Positions 29,370 through 39,500 of a stretch of DNA of 64,000 nt are shown piece by piece. The notes under the pieces were generated by a model, which was given only the letters and a program-made list of their open reading frames with translations, was not told where the DNA came from and did not search any database. Numbering within the stretch: the stretch's first letter is position 1; every line of letters begins with the position of its first letter. The translations under genes were made by a program, and so were the position numbers. Source of the DNA: an uncultured Gammaproteobacteria bacterium (GTDB taxonomy: Bacteria; Patescibacteriota; Microgenomatia; Levybacterales; GWA1-39-11); NCBI GenBank assembly GCA_964409875.1, contig CAYPEN010000002.1, positions 210,630 through 274,629 on the forward strand. The letters run 5' to 3'.

Positions 29370-29941
29370 AAAATTCCTCCAAATAAATATACAATCGTAA
29401 AAATAAATATCCAAACGATATCCAGAAAGTGCCAGAATACACTCAGAAGGGTTATTTTTCTTACCATAGAGTCGGTTAACCCACGCCGTCGTATATAAAA
29501 CAGAAGTATTAGTATCCAGGTTACACCGGTAAGAATATGTAAACCATGGAATCCAAGTAGTGTAAAGAACGATGAAAGAAATGCGCTTTTCATATAGGTA
29601 TGCCCTTCAGAAATTAGAGTTGTGAATTCATACAATTCCATCGCCAAAAATGAAATCCCAAGAAGGGCTGTAAGGAACAGTAGAAGCATTGTTTTTGTTT
29701 TGTCAAAAGAACGTGCAAAAAGCACCCCAATGCCCACCACAAAACTGCTTGAAAGAAGTATGAGGGTCTCATTGAGGACAAATGGAAAATTAACAATCTT
29801 ATCTATAGAAACACTTCCGGCAGTAGCACTTCTCAAAACTGCATATACAGCGAACAAAACAGAGAACATGATAAGGTCTGTCATAAGGTATATCCAGAAC
29901 CCCAGATAAACCCGTTCGTTTTTTTCTTGATGTGTATTCAT
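29366..29941 (-). CDS. cyoC: cytochrome o quinol oxidase subunit III
   Basis: 191 aa, 5 TM, heme-copper oxidase subunit III-like ('FWHFLDIVWIFIFT'). Confidence 0.8.
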   Translation of the reverse strand: MNTHQEKNERVYLGFWIYLMTDLIMFSVLFAVYAVLRSATAGSVSIDKIVNFPFVLNETLILLSSSFVVGIGVLFARSFDKTKTMLLLFLTALLGISFLAMELYEFTTLISEGHTYMKSAFLSSFFTLLGFHGLHILTGVTWILILLFYIRRRGLTDSMVRKITLLSVFWHFLDIVWIFIFTIVYLFGGIL

Positions 29942-31902
29942 TTTTTTGATTCTATTTTTGCAACCATTGAGGCTGGGATTACATACTCCGTATCTTCATC
30001 AAATGTCCGCAAAATAATGCAAATTATAATGCCTATAACGCTTACGGCCGCCAACCAGAATATATGCCAAATCATTGCAAATCCCAACACGAGTGCTAAA
30101 AGCGAAATATAAATACCCATTGCAGTGGGTTTTGGCGCTTCAATATCCTCGTATTTCCCGTGCTTTTCCTCCTTATTTTTTCCATATTTTATTTCCCAGA
30201 ACGCGTCGGTAGATGTCACTTTTGGAATATGGGAAAAATTATATGACGGAGCAGGTGAAGCGGTCGCCCATTCAAGAGTTCTTCCATTCCAAGGGTCTCC
30301 GGTTGTATCCAAGTGCTCTTTTCTTTTCCAGACACTATAGACCACTTGGATAATAAGAAATACGGTACCCATAACAAGCAGTAAAAACCCAATAAGCGAC
30401 ATCGCAAAAAACGGCTGGAAGGAGGCAACATTATAATGGTCAAGTCTTCTCGTTGCTCCCATAAGCCCCAATACATACAGTGGTCCAAATGACACCCAAA
30501 AACCAATAAACCAAAACCAAAAAGCATACCGTCCTAGCCGCTCATTCAGAACTATGCCGGTAACTTTTGGAAACCAATAGGTAAATCCGGCCAACACACC
30601 AAATATAACACCTCCTATAACCTGCGTATGGAAATGTGCGACGAGAAACAGGCTATTATGAAGCTGAAAATCAGCAGGCGGAACCGCTAGGAGAACACCA
30701 GTCATGCCTCCTATTGTAAATGTTGCAACAAAACCCAAAAACCACAACATGGGATTTGAAAATCTGATGTGGCCCTTATACATCGTTGCTATCCAGTTGA
30801 TAAATTGCACGCCTGTCGGAATAGCAATAAACATCGTCATGATTCCAAAAAATGCATTGACATTGGCACCCGCACCCATAGTAAAGAAGTGATGCAACCA
30901 TACAAGAAGTGAAAGGGTTGCGACAAGAATTGCTGCCACAACACCTGTTGCATAGCTTGCGAGCTTCTTTTGAGAGAACGTTGAGACAATCTCGGAATAC
31001 ACGCCAAATGCGGGGAGAATGAGGATATACACCTCAGGGTGTCCCCACATCCATATAAGATTTGTGTACATCATGGCATTTCCTCCGGCATTTGTTGTAA
31101 AAAAGTGCATTCCCAACAGCCTGTCGAGGTTGAGAAGTAAAATCGTTGCAGTCAGTATTGGAAAAACAGTCACAACCATAAGCATGCTGCAAAGCGATGT
31201 CCACGTAAAAATCGGCATACGCATGAGCGTCATTCCCGGAGCGCGCATTTTAAGAATGGTAACGATGAAGTTAATTCCTCCAAGGGTAGTTCCGATGCCT
31301 GAAATCTGCAAACTCCATATCCAATAGTCCATCCCCACTCCGGGACTAAATTCGCTACCTGAAAGAGGAGCAATAGCAAGCCATCCGGCTCCGGCAAAAT
31401 GTCCGCCAAATATGAAAAACATATTGATAAGAATTGCTCCTGCTGCATACAACCAAAAACCCAACGTGTTGAGAAGAGGGGAGGCCAGGTCTCGTGCTCC
31501 AATCTGAAGCGGAATTACAATATTCAAAAGTCCAAATATAAAACCGGACGCCACGAAAAAGACCATAATAACACCATGTGCGGTGAATATCTCCTGAAAA
31601 TGCTCGGCATTCAAGTATCCATGAGACGCACCGCTTGATAATGCTTGTTGAAGCCATATCATTCCAGCATCGAGCCCGCCCCTTAAAAGCATAAGGGTAG
31701 CAACGATAATATACATAATTCCTATTTTTTTAGGGTCAACGGAGGTCAACCACTCACCCCACAGCCATCTCCAGCGCTTCAATTTGGTTATTAAAAACGC
31801 AACCATTGCAAGCATTCCGCTCATTGCTATTGTTCCTCCAAGAGTGAACCACTCGTGGGGTAGCGCATCTAGCGTTAGCCGTCCAAATAAAAATTCCATC
31901 AT
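29938..31902 (-). CDS. cyoB: heme-copper quinol oxidase subunit I
   Basis: 654 aa. 'WFFGHPEVYILILPAFG' and 'HFHTQV' His-ligand motifs of subunit I. Confidence 0.9.
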   Translation of the reverse strand: MMEFLFGRLTLDALPHEWFTLGGTIAMSGMLAMVAFLITKLKRWRWLWGEWLTSVDPKKIGIMYIIVATLMLLRGGLDAGMIWLQQALSSGASHGYLNAEHFQEIFTAHGVIMVFFVASGFIFGLLNIVIPLQIGARDLASPLLNTLGFWLYAAGAILINMFFIFGGHFAGAGWLAIAPLSGSEFSPGVGMDYWIWSLQISGIGTTLGGINFIVTILKMRAPGMTLMRMPIFTWTSLCSMLMVVTVFPILTATILLLNLDRLLGMHFFTTNAGGNAMMYTNLIWMWGHPEVYILILPAFGVYSEIVSTFSQKKLASYATGVVAAILVATLSLLVWLHHFFTMGAGANVNAFFGIMTMFIAIPTGVQFINWIATMYKGHIRFSNPMLWFLGFVATFTIGGMTGVLLAVPPADFQLHNSLFLVAHFHTQVIGGVIFGVLAGFTYWFPKVTGIVLNERLGRYAFWFWFIGFWVSFGPLYVLGLMGATRRLDHYNVASFQPFFAMSLIGFLLLVMGTVFLIIQVVYSVWKRKEHLDTTGDPWNGRTLEWATASPAPSYNFSHIPKVTSTDAFWEIKYGKNKEEKHGKYEDIEAPKPTAMGIYISLLALVLGFAMIWHIFWLAAVSVIGIIICIILRTFDEDTEYVIPASMVAKIESKK

Positions 31903-31907
31903 AAAAA

Positions 31908-32792
31908 TTATTTACCTCCTGTCTCTTCCATGGGCTGTTGGTACTTCGTCAATATCTTATTATAAAGGCCTTTCTCATATGAGCCGTAGAGCAACATTGG
32001 GGCATCCTCCGACGGAATAGCCAACTTTTTATAGCCATCTGTGTCCAGCATTTTGTTGTTTTTTGTTTCCTTTACCCATTTATCATATTCTTCTTTTTTG
32101 ACCGAACGGGCAGTAAATTTCATCCCCGAATATCCCTTTCCGTTTATTTCTGCTGCAAACCCGTTAAAATCCCCCAAAGAAGTGGCTTCCATGTGTAATT
32201 TTGTACTCATGCCACTCATAGCATATATTTGGCCTGAAAGAGCGGGGAGCCAAAACGAGTTCATGGGACCATCGGATGTTAATTCGAGTGCGACCGGAGT
32301 CTTTTCTGGAAATTCCACGAAGTTAACGGTTGCAATATTCTCTTCAGGATAGAGAAAAAGCCATTTCCATTGCAATGCAACGACCTGGATTTTCAAAGGC
32401 ATCGCCTCAGAATCCAATGCATTGTAGGGGTCAAGCTTGTGCGTCTTTCCCCATGTGATAAAGGCAATCGCAAGAATTATTAAAGTTGGTGCCAGCCACC
32501 AAAGTAACTGTACTTTTTTGGGAATTTTTTGCCCATGGCTGCTTTTCTCGTTTTTTTTGCCCGAGCGGAATTTGAACACAACGAAGAAAAGCGTTGCGTA
32601 CACCGGCACAATAATAATAAGCATTATGGCTATTGCCAGAAAAATAAGATGAGCCTGCGCTTGAGCAATTGTTCCATGTGGAAAGAGCAACACGAGGCGA
32701 TTTTGACCAGCAATAAAGGCGAATACAAAAAACAGAATCAAACCAATGAGGGGAATAAGGACTGAAAGTTTTTTCATGCTCTCCTTAATCAT
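31908..32792 (-). CDS. cyoA: quinol oxidase subunit II (no CuA ligand set apparent)
   Basis: 294 aa. N-terminal signal plus 2 TM. Periplasmic cupredoxin-like domain 'LTSDGPMNSFWLPALSGQIYAMSGMSTKLH'. Precedes cyoB. Confidence 0.8.
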   Translation of the reverse strand: MIKESMKKLSVLIPLIGLILFFVFAFIAGQNRLVLLFPHGTIAQAQAHLIFLAIAIMLIIIVPVYATLFFVVFKFRSGKKNEKSSHGQKIPKKVQLLWWLAPTLIILAIAFITWGKTHKLDPYNALDSEAMPLKIQVVALQWKWLFLYPEENIATVNFVEFPEKTPVALELTSDGPMNSFWLPALSGQIYAMSGMSTKLHMEATSLGDFNGFAAEINGKGYSGMKFTARSVKKEEYDKWVKETKNNKMLDTDGYKKLAIPSEDAPMLLYGSYEKGLYNKILTKYQQPMEETGGK

Positions 32793-32944
32793 ACCAAGAA
32801 TTCAAGCCGCCAACAAAGTTATTGTGCATTCCTCAGATTTAAAATTGAAGATGTTGTTTTGGATATGAATACAAATGGGTTTGCTTAAAAACCAAATGGG
32901 GGCTTCATTAAAAAATCAAGCAACGCTTACCGTAAATACATTAA

Positions 32945-33490
32945 TTACTTCTCTTTATACTCATCTTTCACATCTTTTGAATATTCTTTTAGCAACTTTT
33001 GTATCTTTGGTCCAATAACATACGAACAGTACTCCTGATTTTTATTGTTATCGTAATAATTCTGATGGTACTCCTCTGCGGCATAAAAAGCCTCGAAAGG
33101 GATGATTTCGGTAAGAATCGGGTCTTTCCAAATACCTTCATCGGCCACCTCATCGCGCACTTTGAGCGCTTTTTCTTTCTGCTCCTCGCTGTGATAAAAA
33201 ATAATGGAACGGTACTGCGTCCCCTCATCATTCCCCTGCCTATTAAGAGTAGTGGGGTCATGAAGGTGAAAAAATATCGTAAGGAGTCGCTCATAAGGAA
33301 TGATGTTAGGGTCAAACTCTATTTGAATAGCCTCGGCATGTCCCGTTGCTCCTGTCGAGACCTGCTCGTACGTAGGATTGGATCGGATGCCACCGGTATA
33401 CCCCGGCACGACACTTTCAACGCCTCTTAATCTTTTAAATATTGCCTCAGTACACCAAAAACATCCGCCGGCCAGAGTAGCAAGTTCCAT
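32945..33490 (-). CDS. msrA: peptide methionine sulfoxide reductase MsrA
   Basis: 'LATLAGGCFWCTEAIF' is the active-site GCFWC motif. Confidence 0.9.
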   Translation of the reverse strand: MELATLAGGCFWCTEAIFKRLRGVESVVPGYTGGIRSNPTYEQVSTGATGHAEAIQIEFDPNIIPYERLLTIFFHLHDPTTLNRQGNDEGTQYRSIIFYHSEEQKEKALKVRDEVADEGIWKDPILTEIIPFEAFYAAEEYHQNYYDNNKNQEYCSYVIGPKIQKLLKEYSKDVKDEYKEK

Positions 33491-33553
33491 CTATTAAGTA
33501 TACATCTTTTAGCACTCGTTGACAAATACTGCTAATTTTACTACAATTGAGGT

Positions 33554-35710
33554 ATGAGTGACGAAAATTTAGATTTTTTAAAACCGGTAACACCCGAGGA
33601 GGCTTTAAAAAAATTCACCCTGGACCTTACCGAGCAAGCACATCAAAACAAGCTGGACCCGGTTGTTGGGAGAGAAGAGGAAATACGAAGGGTAATGGAA
33701 ATTCTGTCCCGCAGGACAAAAAACAATCCTATTCTTATAGGAGACCCGGGTGTTGGAAAAACGGCAATTGTTGAGGGATTGGCACAAAAAATTTCATCAG
33801 GCAACGTTCCCACAACGCTTGCAAACAAAACTGTCCTAACGCTTGATTTTGCCCAACTATTGGCGGGGGCTAAATTCAGGGGAGAGTTCGAAGAACGGCT
33901 GAAAGCGGTTGTAAAGGCAGTTGAGGATTCGAATGGTAAATTTATCATATTTATCGACGAGCTTCACACGCTTATTGGCGGGGGGTCGGCAGAAGGGGCG
34001 GTTGATGCTGCCAATATTCTCAAGCCTTCATTAGCCCGCGGTCTTCTTCGTGTCATTGGAGCAACAACCACTGCCGAGTACAGAAAATATATCGAGCGCG
34101 ACCAGGCGTTGGCACGGCGCTTTCAACCCGTTACAGTAAATGAGCCCACAATTGAGGACACCATTTCTGTTTTGAGGGGGTTAAAAGACCGCTACCAGCT
34201 TCACCACGGAATTCGGATAACCGATAATGCCCTTATAGCCGCAGCAAAGCTTTCCGCCCAATATATTCCCCAACGCTTCCTACCCGATAAAGCAATAGAC
34301 CTTGTTGATGAAGCTGCTGCTGCAATAAAGATTGAGGCAGAAAGCATGCCAACAGAACTTGACACACTGAAACGAAAAATAACAAGTATTGAAATTGAAC
34401 TGGCGGCACTTAAGAAAGAGTCAGGGGAACAGGCAAAACGCAGAAGACAGGAAGGGGAAACTGAACTAAAACAACTCAAACAGAAAAGCGACTCGCTTGA
34501 GAAACGATGGAGAGAGCAAAAAGAACTCATCCAAAAAATCCAAGAAGGGAGGGCAAAGCTTGATGCCGCACGCATTGAACTCGAAAAGGCAGAGCGGGAG
34601 GTAGACCTGCAAAAAGCTGCAGAAGTTGCATACGGACGCATTCCTGAACTTGAGAAACAGAATAATGAGCTTCACGCAACGTGGGAGAAAATTCCCCAGG
34701 AGGAAAAAATTCTCCGGGAAGAGGTGGATGAAGACGATATCGCACGTGTTGTTGCCCGTTGGACAGGAATTCCGGTAACCAAGCTTCTCTCAACCGAATC
34801 GGAGAGGTTATCCCACCTGGAGGAAGAACTCAAAAAGCGGGTCGTAGGACAGGACGAGGCACTTTCGGTTCTCTCAAAAGCCATACGGCGCTCAAGAACG
34901 GGGCTTGGGGCAAAGAACAAGCCTATCGGCTCATTTCTCTTCTTGGGGCCAACTGGTGTTGGAAAGACGGAAACAGCAAAAGCACTGGCCTCCATATTAT
35001 TCTCAGACGAGCACGCAATAACCCGTATTGATATGAGCGAGTACCAAGAAGCCCACAGCGTTGCTCGGCTCATTGGTGCGCCACCCGGCTATGTCGGATA
35101 CGAGGAGGGCGGCCAACTAACCGAGGCTGTAAGAAGAAAGCCATACTCGGTTGTCCTTATTGATGAAATCGAAAAAGCCCACCCGCAAGTCTTCAATCTT
35201 TTCCTTCAAATCTTTGACGAGGGAAGGCTGACAGACAGCGCTGGCAAAACAATTGACTTTAAAAATGCCATACTTATTATGACCTCAAACTTAGGAAGCG
35301 ATATCATCCTGGCTGGCAAAGACAGTGAAAAAACAAAAAAAGAAGTAATAAAGCTTCTCCACCAATTTTTTAGGCCAGAATTTCTCAACAGAATCGATGC
35401 AACAGTCATCTATAATAGCCTTACCCAAAGTGACATTCTTACCATTACCAGGCTTCAACTTATGGAAGTTGCTAAAAGACTGGCCGAATCGGGAGTAACG
35501 CTTACAGAAAATGACAGCCTTGTTGAGCATTTTGCTAAGATAGGCTATGACCCAAGCTTTGGTGCCCGGCCCCTGAAGCGGGCAATAGAAGATGAATTGG
35601 TAGACAAAATCGCAATGGAAATTTTGGAAGGGACCGTCAAGTCTGGGGACACAATAGAACCAAAAGTGAAGGCGGGGAGCATTGAAATCAACGTCTCCTT
35701 TCCCAATTAA
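33554..35710 (+). CDS. clpB: ClpB-like AAA+ disaggregase lacking the N-domain
   Basis: 718 aa. NBD1 Walker A '[15 protein letters not shown]'. Long coiled-coil M-domain. NBD2 '[15 protein letters not shown]'. Sensor 'GARPLKR'. Confidence 0.85.
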   Translation: MSDENLDFLKPVTPEEALKKFTLDLTEQAHQNKLDPVVGREEEIRRVMEILSRRTKNNPILIGDPGVGKTAIVEGLAQKISSGNVPTTLANKTVLTLDFAQLLAGAKFRGEFEERLKAVVKAVEDSNGKFIIFIDELHTLIGGGSAEGAVDAANILKPSLARGLLRVIGATTTAEYRKYIERDQALARRFQPVTVNEPTIEDTISVLRGLKDRYQLHHGIRITDNALIAAAKLSAQYIPQRFLPDKAIDLVDEAAAAIKIEAESMPTELDTLKRKITSIEIELAALKKESGEQAKRRRQEGETELKQLKQKSDSLEKRWREQKELIQKIQEGRAKLDAARIELEKAEREVDLQKAAEVAYGRIPELEKQNNELHATWEKIPQEEKILREEVDEDDIARVVARWTGIPVTKLLSTESERLSHLEEELKKRVVGQDEALSVLSKAIRRSRTGLGAKNKPIGSFLFLGPTGVGKTETAKALASILFSDEHAITRIDMSEYQEAHSVARLIGAPPGYVGYEEGGQLTEAVRRKPYSVVLIDEIEKAHPQVFNLFLQIFDEGRLTDSAGKTIDFKNAILIMTSNLGSDIILAGKDSEKTKKEVIKLLHQFFRPEFLNRIDATVIYNSLTQSDILTITRLQLMEVAKRLAESGVTLTENDSLVEHFAKIGYDPSFGARPLKRAIEDELVDKIAMEILEGTVKSGDTIEPKVKAGSIEINVSFPN

Positions 35711-35734
35711 AGCGTTGTAGGAAATTGGGGCGAT

Positions 35735-36745
35735 ATGGGCTACAATATGCCCAGGGCAATGATAAAAACACTTCTTACATATCTGGGGAAAAACCAATTC
35801 GTTGTTGGCATCCTTTTTCTGGCGTTTCTTATTCTTTTGTACCAACTCAAAGAAATCCTCCTCATTGTATTTATTGCATATATTATTGTTGCCTCTCTTA
35901 TTCCCGTCGTTGAGTACTTAAGAAAAAAAGGCTTCCCGCGGACAATTGCAGTCCTTACAACATTTTTTACGGCGCTTCTTTTATTCATTCTCCTTATCGC
36001 TCCCCTTGTGCCTTTTCTGGCTGCTCAAATTCAGCAACTAACAAAAAGCTTTCCCCAGTATCTTCACCAGGCTGCAGTTGCGGTAGGTGTTCAGCTTGAC
36101 GCACGGGAGTTGGGGCAAGTCTTCACGCCTCAGCAGTTGGGCCAAAATGCATTTGCCCTTGCAGGCGGGGTATTTGGTGGTTTTTTTGCAGTCGTCACAA
36201 CGGTTGCGATAAGCTTTTATCTTCTTTTGTCTTATGACAGTGCAAAAAGCAGCGTTGCCAACCTTTTTGCCACAAAGAGCAGGGAAAAGGCAATGAATGT
36301 TATTGAGCAAATTAATGATAAATTGGGAGCATGGCTTCAAGGACAATTCCTTCTCTCCCTTTCGATAGCGCTTCTTACCTGGATTACGCTTATGGCCCTT
36401 GGCATGCCATTTGCTTTGCCGCTTGCGGTTCTTGCGGGATTATTTGAAATAGTGCCGACAATTGGGCCTATTATCTCCGCCGTACCTGCGGTTGTTGTTG
36501 CCCTAACCATTTCGCCCAACATGGCATTTATCATAATGGGGGCCTATATCGTCATACAAATGATTGAAAACCACCTATTGGTACCGCGCATTATGCAAAG
36601 AGCAGTCGGTCTTAATCCTGTTGTTGTTATCATTGGCGTAATCGTAGGAGACAGACTCTTAGGAATACCGGGAGCACTTCTTTCTGTCCCATTTATCTCG
36701 CTTATCGTTCTTCTCTCAAAAAATTTTGATGAATTGACAGGGTAA
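35735..36745 (+). CDS. AI-2E family transporter (PerM/UPF0118)
   Basis: 336 aa, 8 TM. 'GLFEIVPTIGPIISAVPAVVVAL' is typical of AI-2E. Confidence 0.75.
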   Translation: MGYNMPRAMIKTLLTYLGKNQFVVGILFLAFLILLYQLKEILLIVFIAYIIVASLIPVVEYLRKKGFPRTIAVLTTFFTALLLFILLIAPLVPFLAAQIQQLTKSFPQYLHQAAVAVGVQLDARELGQVFTPQQLGQNAFALAGGVFGGFFAVVTTVAISFYLLLSYDSAKSSVANLFATKSREKAMNVIEQINDKLGAWLQGQFLLSLSIALLTWITLMALGMPFALPLAVLAGLFEIVPTIGPIISAVPAVVVALTISPNMAFIIMGAYIVIQMIENHLLVPRIMQRAVGLNPVVVIIGVIVGDRLLGIPGALLSVPFISLIVLLSKNFDELTG

Positions 36746-36765
36746 TGTAGCGTAAGTTATCCCAT

Positions 36766-36799
36766 ATTAAAATAGCCTCTTGACAAGGACTTATCCACA
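36766..36799. promoter_or_regulatory. DnaA boxes upstream of dnaA
   Basis: Perfect 'TTATCCACA' at 36791..36799. 'TTATCCCAT' (1 mismatch) at 36766..36774. Confidence 0.6.
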
Positions 36800-36869
36800 T
36801 TCCATACTGAGTATCGAAACGCGACTTTCAGCCCCTCTGTCCATGGCTTTATAGCCCCAGTCCGCACGT

Positions 36870-38201
36870 GTGTTTATGGATGATATTTGGCAACAAGTAC
36901 TTTCGGAAATTCAAGTAGAGGTTTCCCAACCCCGATTTATTGCCTTTTTCAAATCCACCCACCTGTTGTCTCTTGAAAATTCGATAGCAACCATTGCCAC
37001 GCCTAACCCCATGACTGCCGACCTTTTGGAAAAAAACTACTACGCGCTGATAAAAAATGTTCTCGATAAAAAAACTGACCAGAATACAAGCCTCGTCTTT
37101 ACTATTAAAAGAGCAGAAGAGATTGCCCAAAAAGATAGTGGTCCGCTTTTTACTGAACGGGCGGTGGCAACAAAAAAACTCCCCCGTATTCGAGATGACT
37201 ACACATTTGACACCTTCGCTGTTTCGGACAGCAACCAGCTGGCATATACCGCCGCTTATGCGGTAGCTACCGACCCGGGCGGCAAATACAACCCTTTATT
37301 TTTGTATGGGAGCGTTGGGGTAGGGAAAACGCACCTTATGCACGCTATTGCCAACACGGTTTTTGAAAAAAACCCAAGCGCTTCAATTGCGTATCTTACC
37401 ACCGAAGAATTCACAAATGAGATGGTCGAAGCTATTCAGACAAAAAGTACGGCAAAAATGCGAAAAAAATTCCGCAACACCGACCTTCTTCTTTTGGACG
37501 ACATCCAATTTTTGAGCGGAAAAGAGAAAATTCAGGAAGAGCTCTTTCACACCTTCAACACGCTTATCGATAACCATGGGCAGGTTATATTCTCTTCTGA
37601 CAGACCACCGCATGAGATTAAAAAAATTGAAGCAAGGCTTGCGTCGCGGTTTGAAAGCGGACTCACTATTGACATTGAACCCCCCGATTTTGAACTAAGA
37701 ACCGCAATTCTTCTTATTAAAAGCCGGAAACACAATATTGAACTTAACCCTGAGCACGCAAAAAAAATAGCCGAAAAAATAACCGAACCGCGGGCGCTTG
37801 AAGGCTTTCTGTTAAAACTCGTGACACTCCTTACAATGGAGGGAGAACAAATAGTAACTGACAGGCTGATAGATAAGGCGCTTGGAAATATGCGCGAAGA
37901 ACGACCGTCAATTCACCCCGATGATGTCATCAGAACGGTATGTGACTACTACAATATAAAGCCAACCCAATTGAGGGGAACCAGGCGAGACGCGCTTTTT
38001 GTGAAACCCCGTCAAATTTGCATGTATCTTCTAAAGGAAGACCTCAAAATCACACTAGTTGAAATAGGAAACCTTTTGGGTGGACGCGACCACACAACTA
38101 TTATGCACGGGGTAGAAAAAATAAGACTAACGAAAGAGAATAACCCCCAACTAGAGCATGAAATGACCTCAATTAAGAATGCTTTATTGGAGGTTGAATA
38201 A
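36870..38201 (+). CDS. dnaA: chromosomal replication initiator DnaA
   Basis: 443 aa. 'LFLYGSVGVGKTHLMHAI' Walker A. 'LLLDDIQFL' Walker B. C-terminal DNA-binding 'YLLKEDLKITLVEIGNLLGGRDHTTIMHG'. Confidence 0.95.
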   Translation: MFMDDIWQQVLSEIQVEVSQPRFIAFFKSTHLLSLENSIATIATPNPMTADLLEKNYYALIKNVLDKKTDQNTSLVFTIKRAEEIAQKDSGPLFTERAVATKKLPRIRDDYTFDTFAVSDSNQLAYTAAYAVATDPGGKYNPLFLYGSVGVGKTHLMHAIANTVFEKNPSASIAYLTTEEFTNEMVEAIQTKSTAKMRKKFRNTDLLLLDDIQFLSGKEKIQEELFHTFNTLIDNHGQVIFSSDRPPHEIKKIEARLASRFESGLTIDIEPPDFELRTAILLIKSRKHNIELNPEHAKKIAEKITEPRALEGFLLKLVTLLTMEGEQIVTDRLIDKALGNMREERPSIHPDDVIRTVCDYYNIKPTQLRGTRRDALFVKPRQICMYLLKEDLKITLVEIGNLLGGRDHTTIMHGVEKIRLTKENNPQLEHEMTSIKNALLEVE

Positions 38202-38408
38202 AAAATGTGGATAAATTTATATTTTTTTGTGGAAAAGTAGGGGACAGCAAGACCCCCAAAACCTGGTTATCCAATGAAACAACAACAACGCTCAATCCAT
38301 GCACAAGTTATCCACAAAGTTATCATTAGGTTGTCCACAAATATTCATGGCGGGCCGTTTGCTTTTATACACTTATCCACCTATACTACTACTGCTACTA
38401 TTTAATAT
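38202..38408. promoter_or_regulatory. oriC: DnaA-box cluster with AT-rich tracts between dnaA and dnaN
   Basis: 'TGTGGATAA' 38206..38214. 'TTATCCAAT' 38267..38275. 'TTATCCACA' 38308..38316. 'TTGTCCACA' 38331..38339. 'TTATCCACC' 38373..38381. AT-rich stretches 38211..38229 and 38381..38407. Confidence 0.7.
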
Positions 38409-39500
38409 ATGAAAGTAACTCTTCTACCCGAAAACGTTACGGTTTTTGCAACACTTCTTAATAAAATTATCCCCTCACACTCTCAACTCCCGATACTATC
38501 AAATCTTTTAATAGAAGCTGCAGAATCAAGTCTTACTATAAAAGCAACCGATTTAGAAATGGGGGCTCAGGTGAAAATTGCAGCAAAAATTGAAGAAGAT
38601 GGTGCAGTAACCGTACCGGGAAAAGAATTCTTAGAGGCAATTACGTCCCTTCCAAAAGACAAGACAACCATAAGTCTTGAAAAGGATACTCTTGTTGTTG
38701 TCTGCCGGGGGAACAAAATGTCTTTCAATACTATCCCTAAAGACGAGTTTCCTCAACTTTTTAAAGAAAAAGGGGTTGAGGTAGATAGGTTTATGAGGAA
38801 AGAGTTTGTTGAAATATTTTCTTGCTTAATTTTTTCGGTATCAGCAGAGGAAACAAGACCTCAGCTAAGCGGAGTGTATGTCGACAAGAAGAAGGGGTAT
38901 GTTAATTTTGTCTCAACAGATGGATATAGAATGTCTGTTAAGAGAGTTGTGCGAAAGGATGGTGGGGGTGAAAATATTATTGTTCCGGTTGGGTTGATTG
39001 GTGAGGTGATTGCTTTAAAGGGTGAGGATGAGATCGTTTTGTATGTGAATAAGGATGAAAATCAGGTTCTTTTTGAAGTAGGGGATGCGGTAATTGTGGG
39101 CCGAATGATAGAGGGGGCCTTTCCGGATTATGAAAAAGTTTTGCCTGGAAACACAATTACAAAAGCGACAGTTAATAGGGAAGAGTTTTTTCAGAACGTA
39201 AAACTTGCTTCTGTTTTTGGAAGGGAAAACAGCAATATTGCCAGTCTTGAAGTTGTTGGGGACACCTTGAGGATTTCGACACGGACCCAAGGGGTAGGTG
39301 AGGGTGAGGTTTCTGTAGAGTGTGTTAAAGAGGGGGAAGACAATAAAATATCTTTTAATATCAGATATTTGCTGGATGTGTTGAAGAATATGTCTGTTGA
39401 GGATGTTGTTTTAGGTCTTAACTCTGCTGTTGAGCCCGCTGTTTTTACGACAAAAGAAGGGGATTTCTCTCATGTAATAATGCCCATTCAGGTTGACTAG
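38409..39500 (+). CDS. dnaN: DNA polymerase III beta sliding clamp
   Basis: 363 aa immediately after dnaA/oriC. Three-domain beta-clamp-like sequence ('LSGVYVDKKKGYVNFVSTDGYRM'). Confidence 0.85.
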   Translation: MKVTLLPENVTVFATLLNKIIPSHSQLPILSNLLIEAAESSLTIKATDLEMGAQVKIAAKIEEDGAVTVPGKEFLEAITSLPKDKTTISLEKDTLVVVCRGNKMSFNTIPKDEFPQLFKEKGVEVDRFMRKEFVEIFSCLIFSVSAEETRPQLSGVYVDKKKGYVNFVSTDGYRMSVKRVVRKDGGGENIIVPVGLIGEVIALKGEDEIVLYVNKDENQVLFEVGDAVIVGRMIEGAFPDYEKVLPGNTITKATVNREEFFQNVKLASVFGRENSNIASLEVVGDTLRISTRTQGVGEGEVSVECVKEGEDNKISFNIRYLLDVLKNMSVEDVVLGLNSAVEPAVFTTKEGDFSHVIMPIQVD

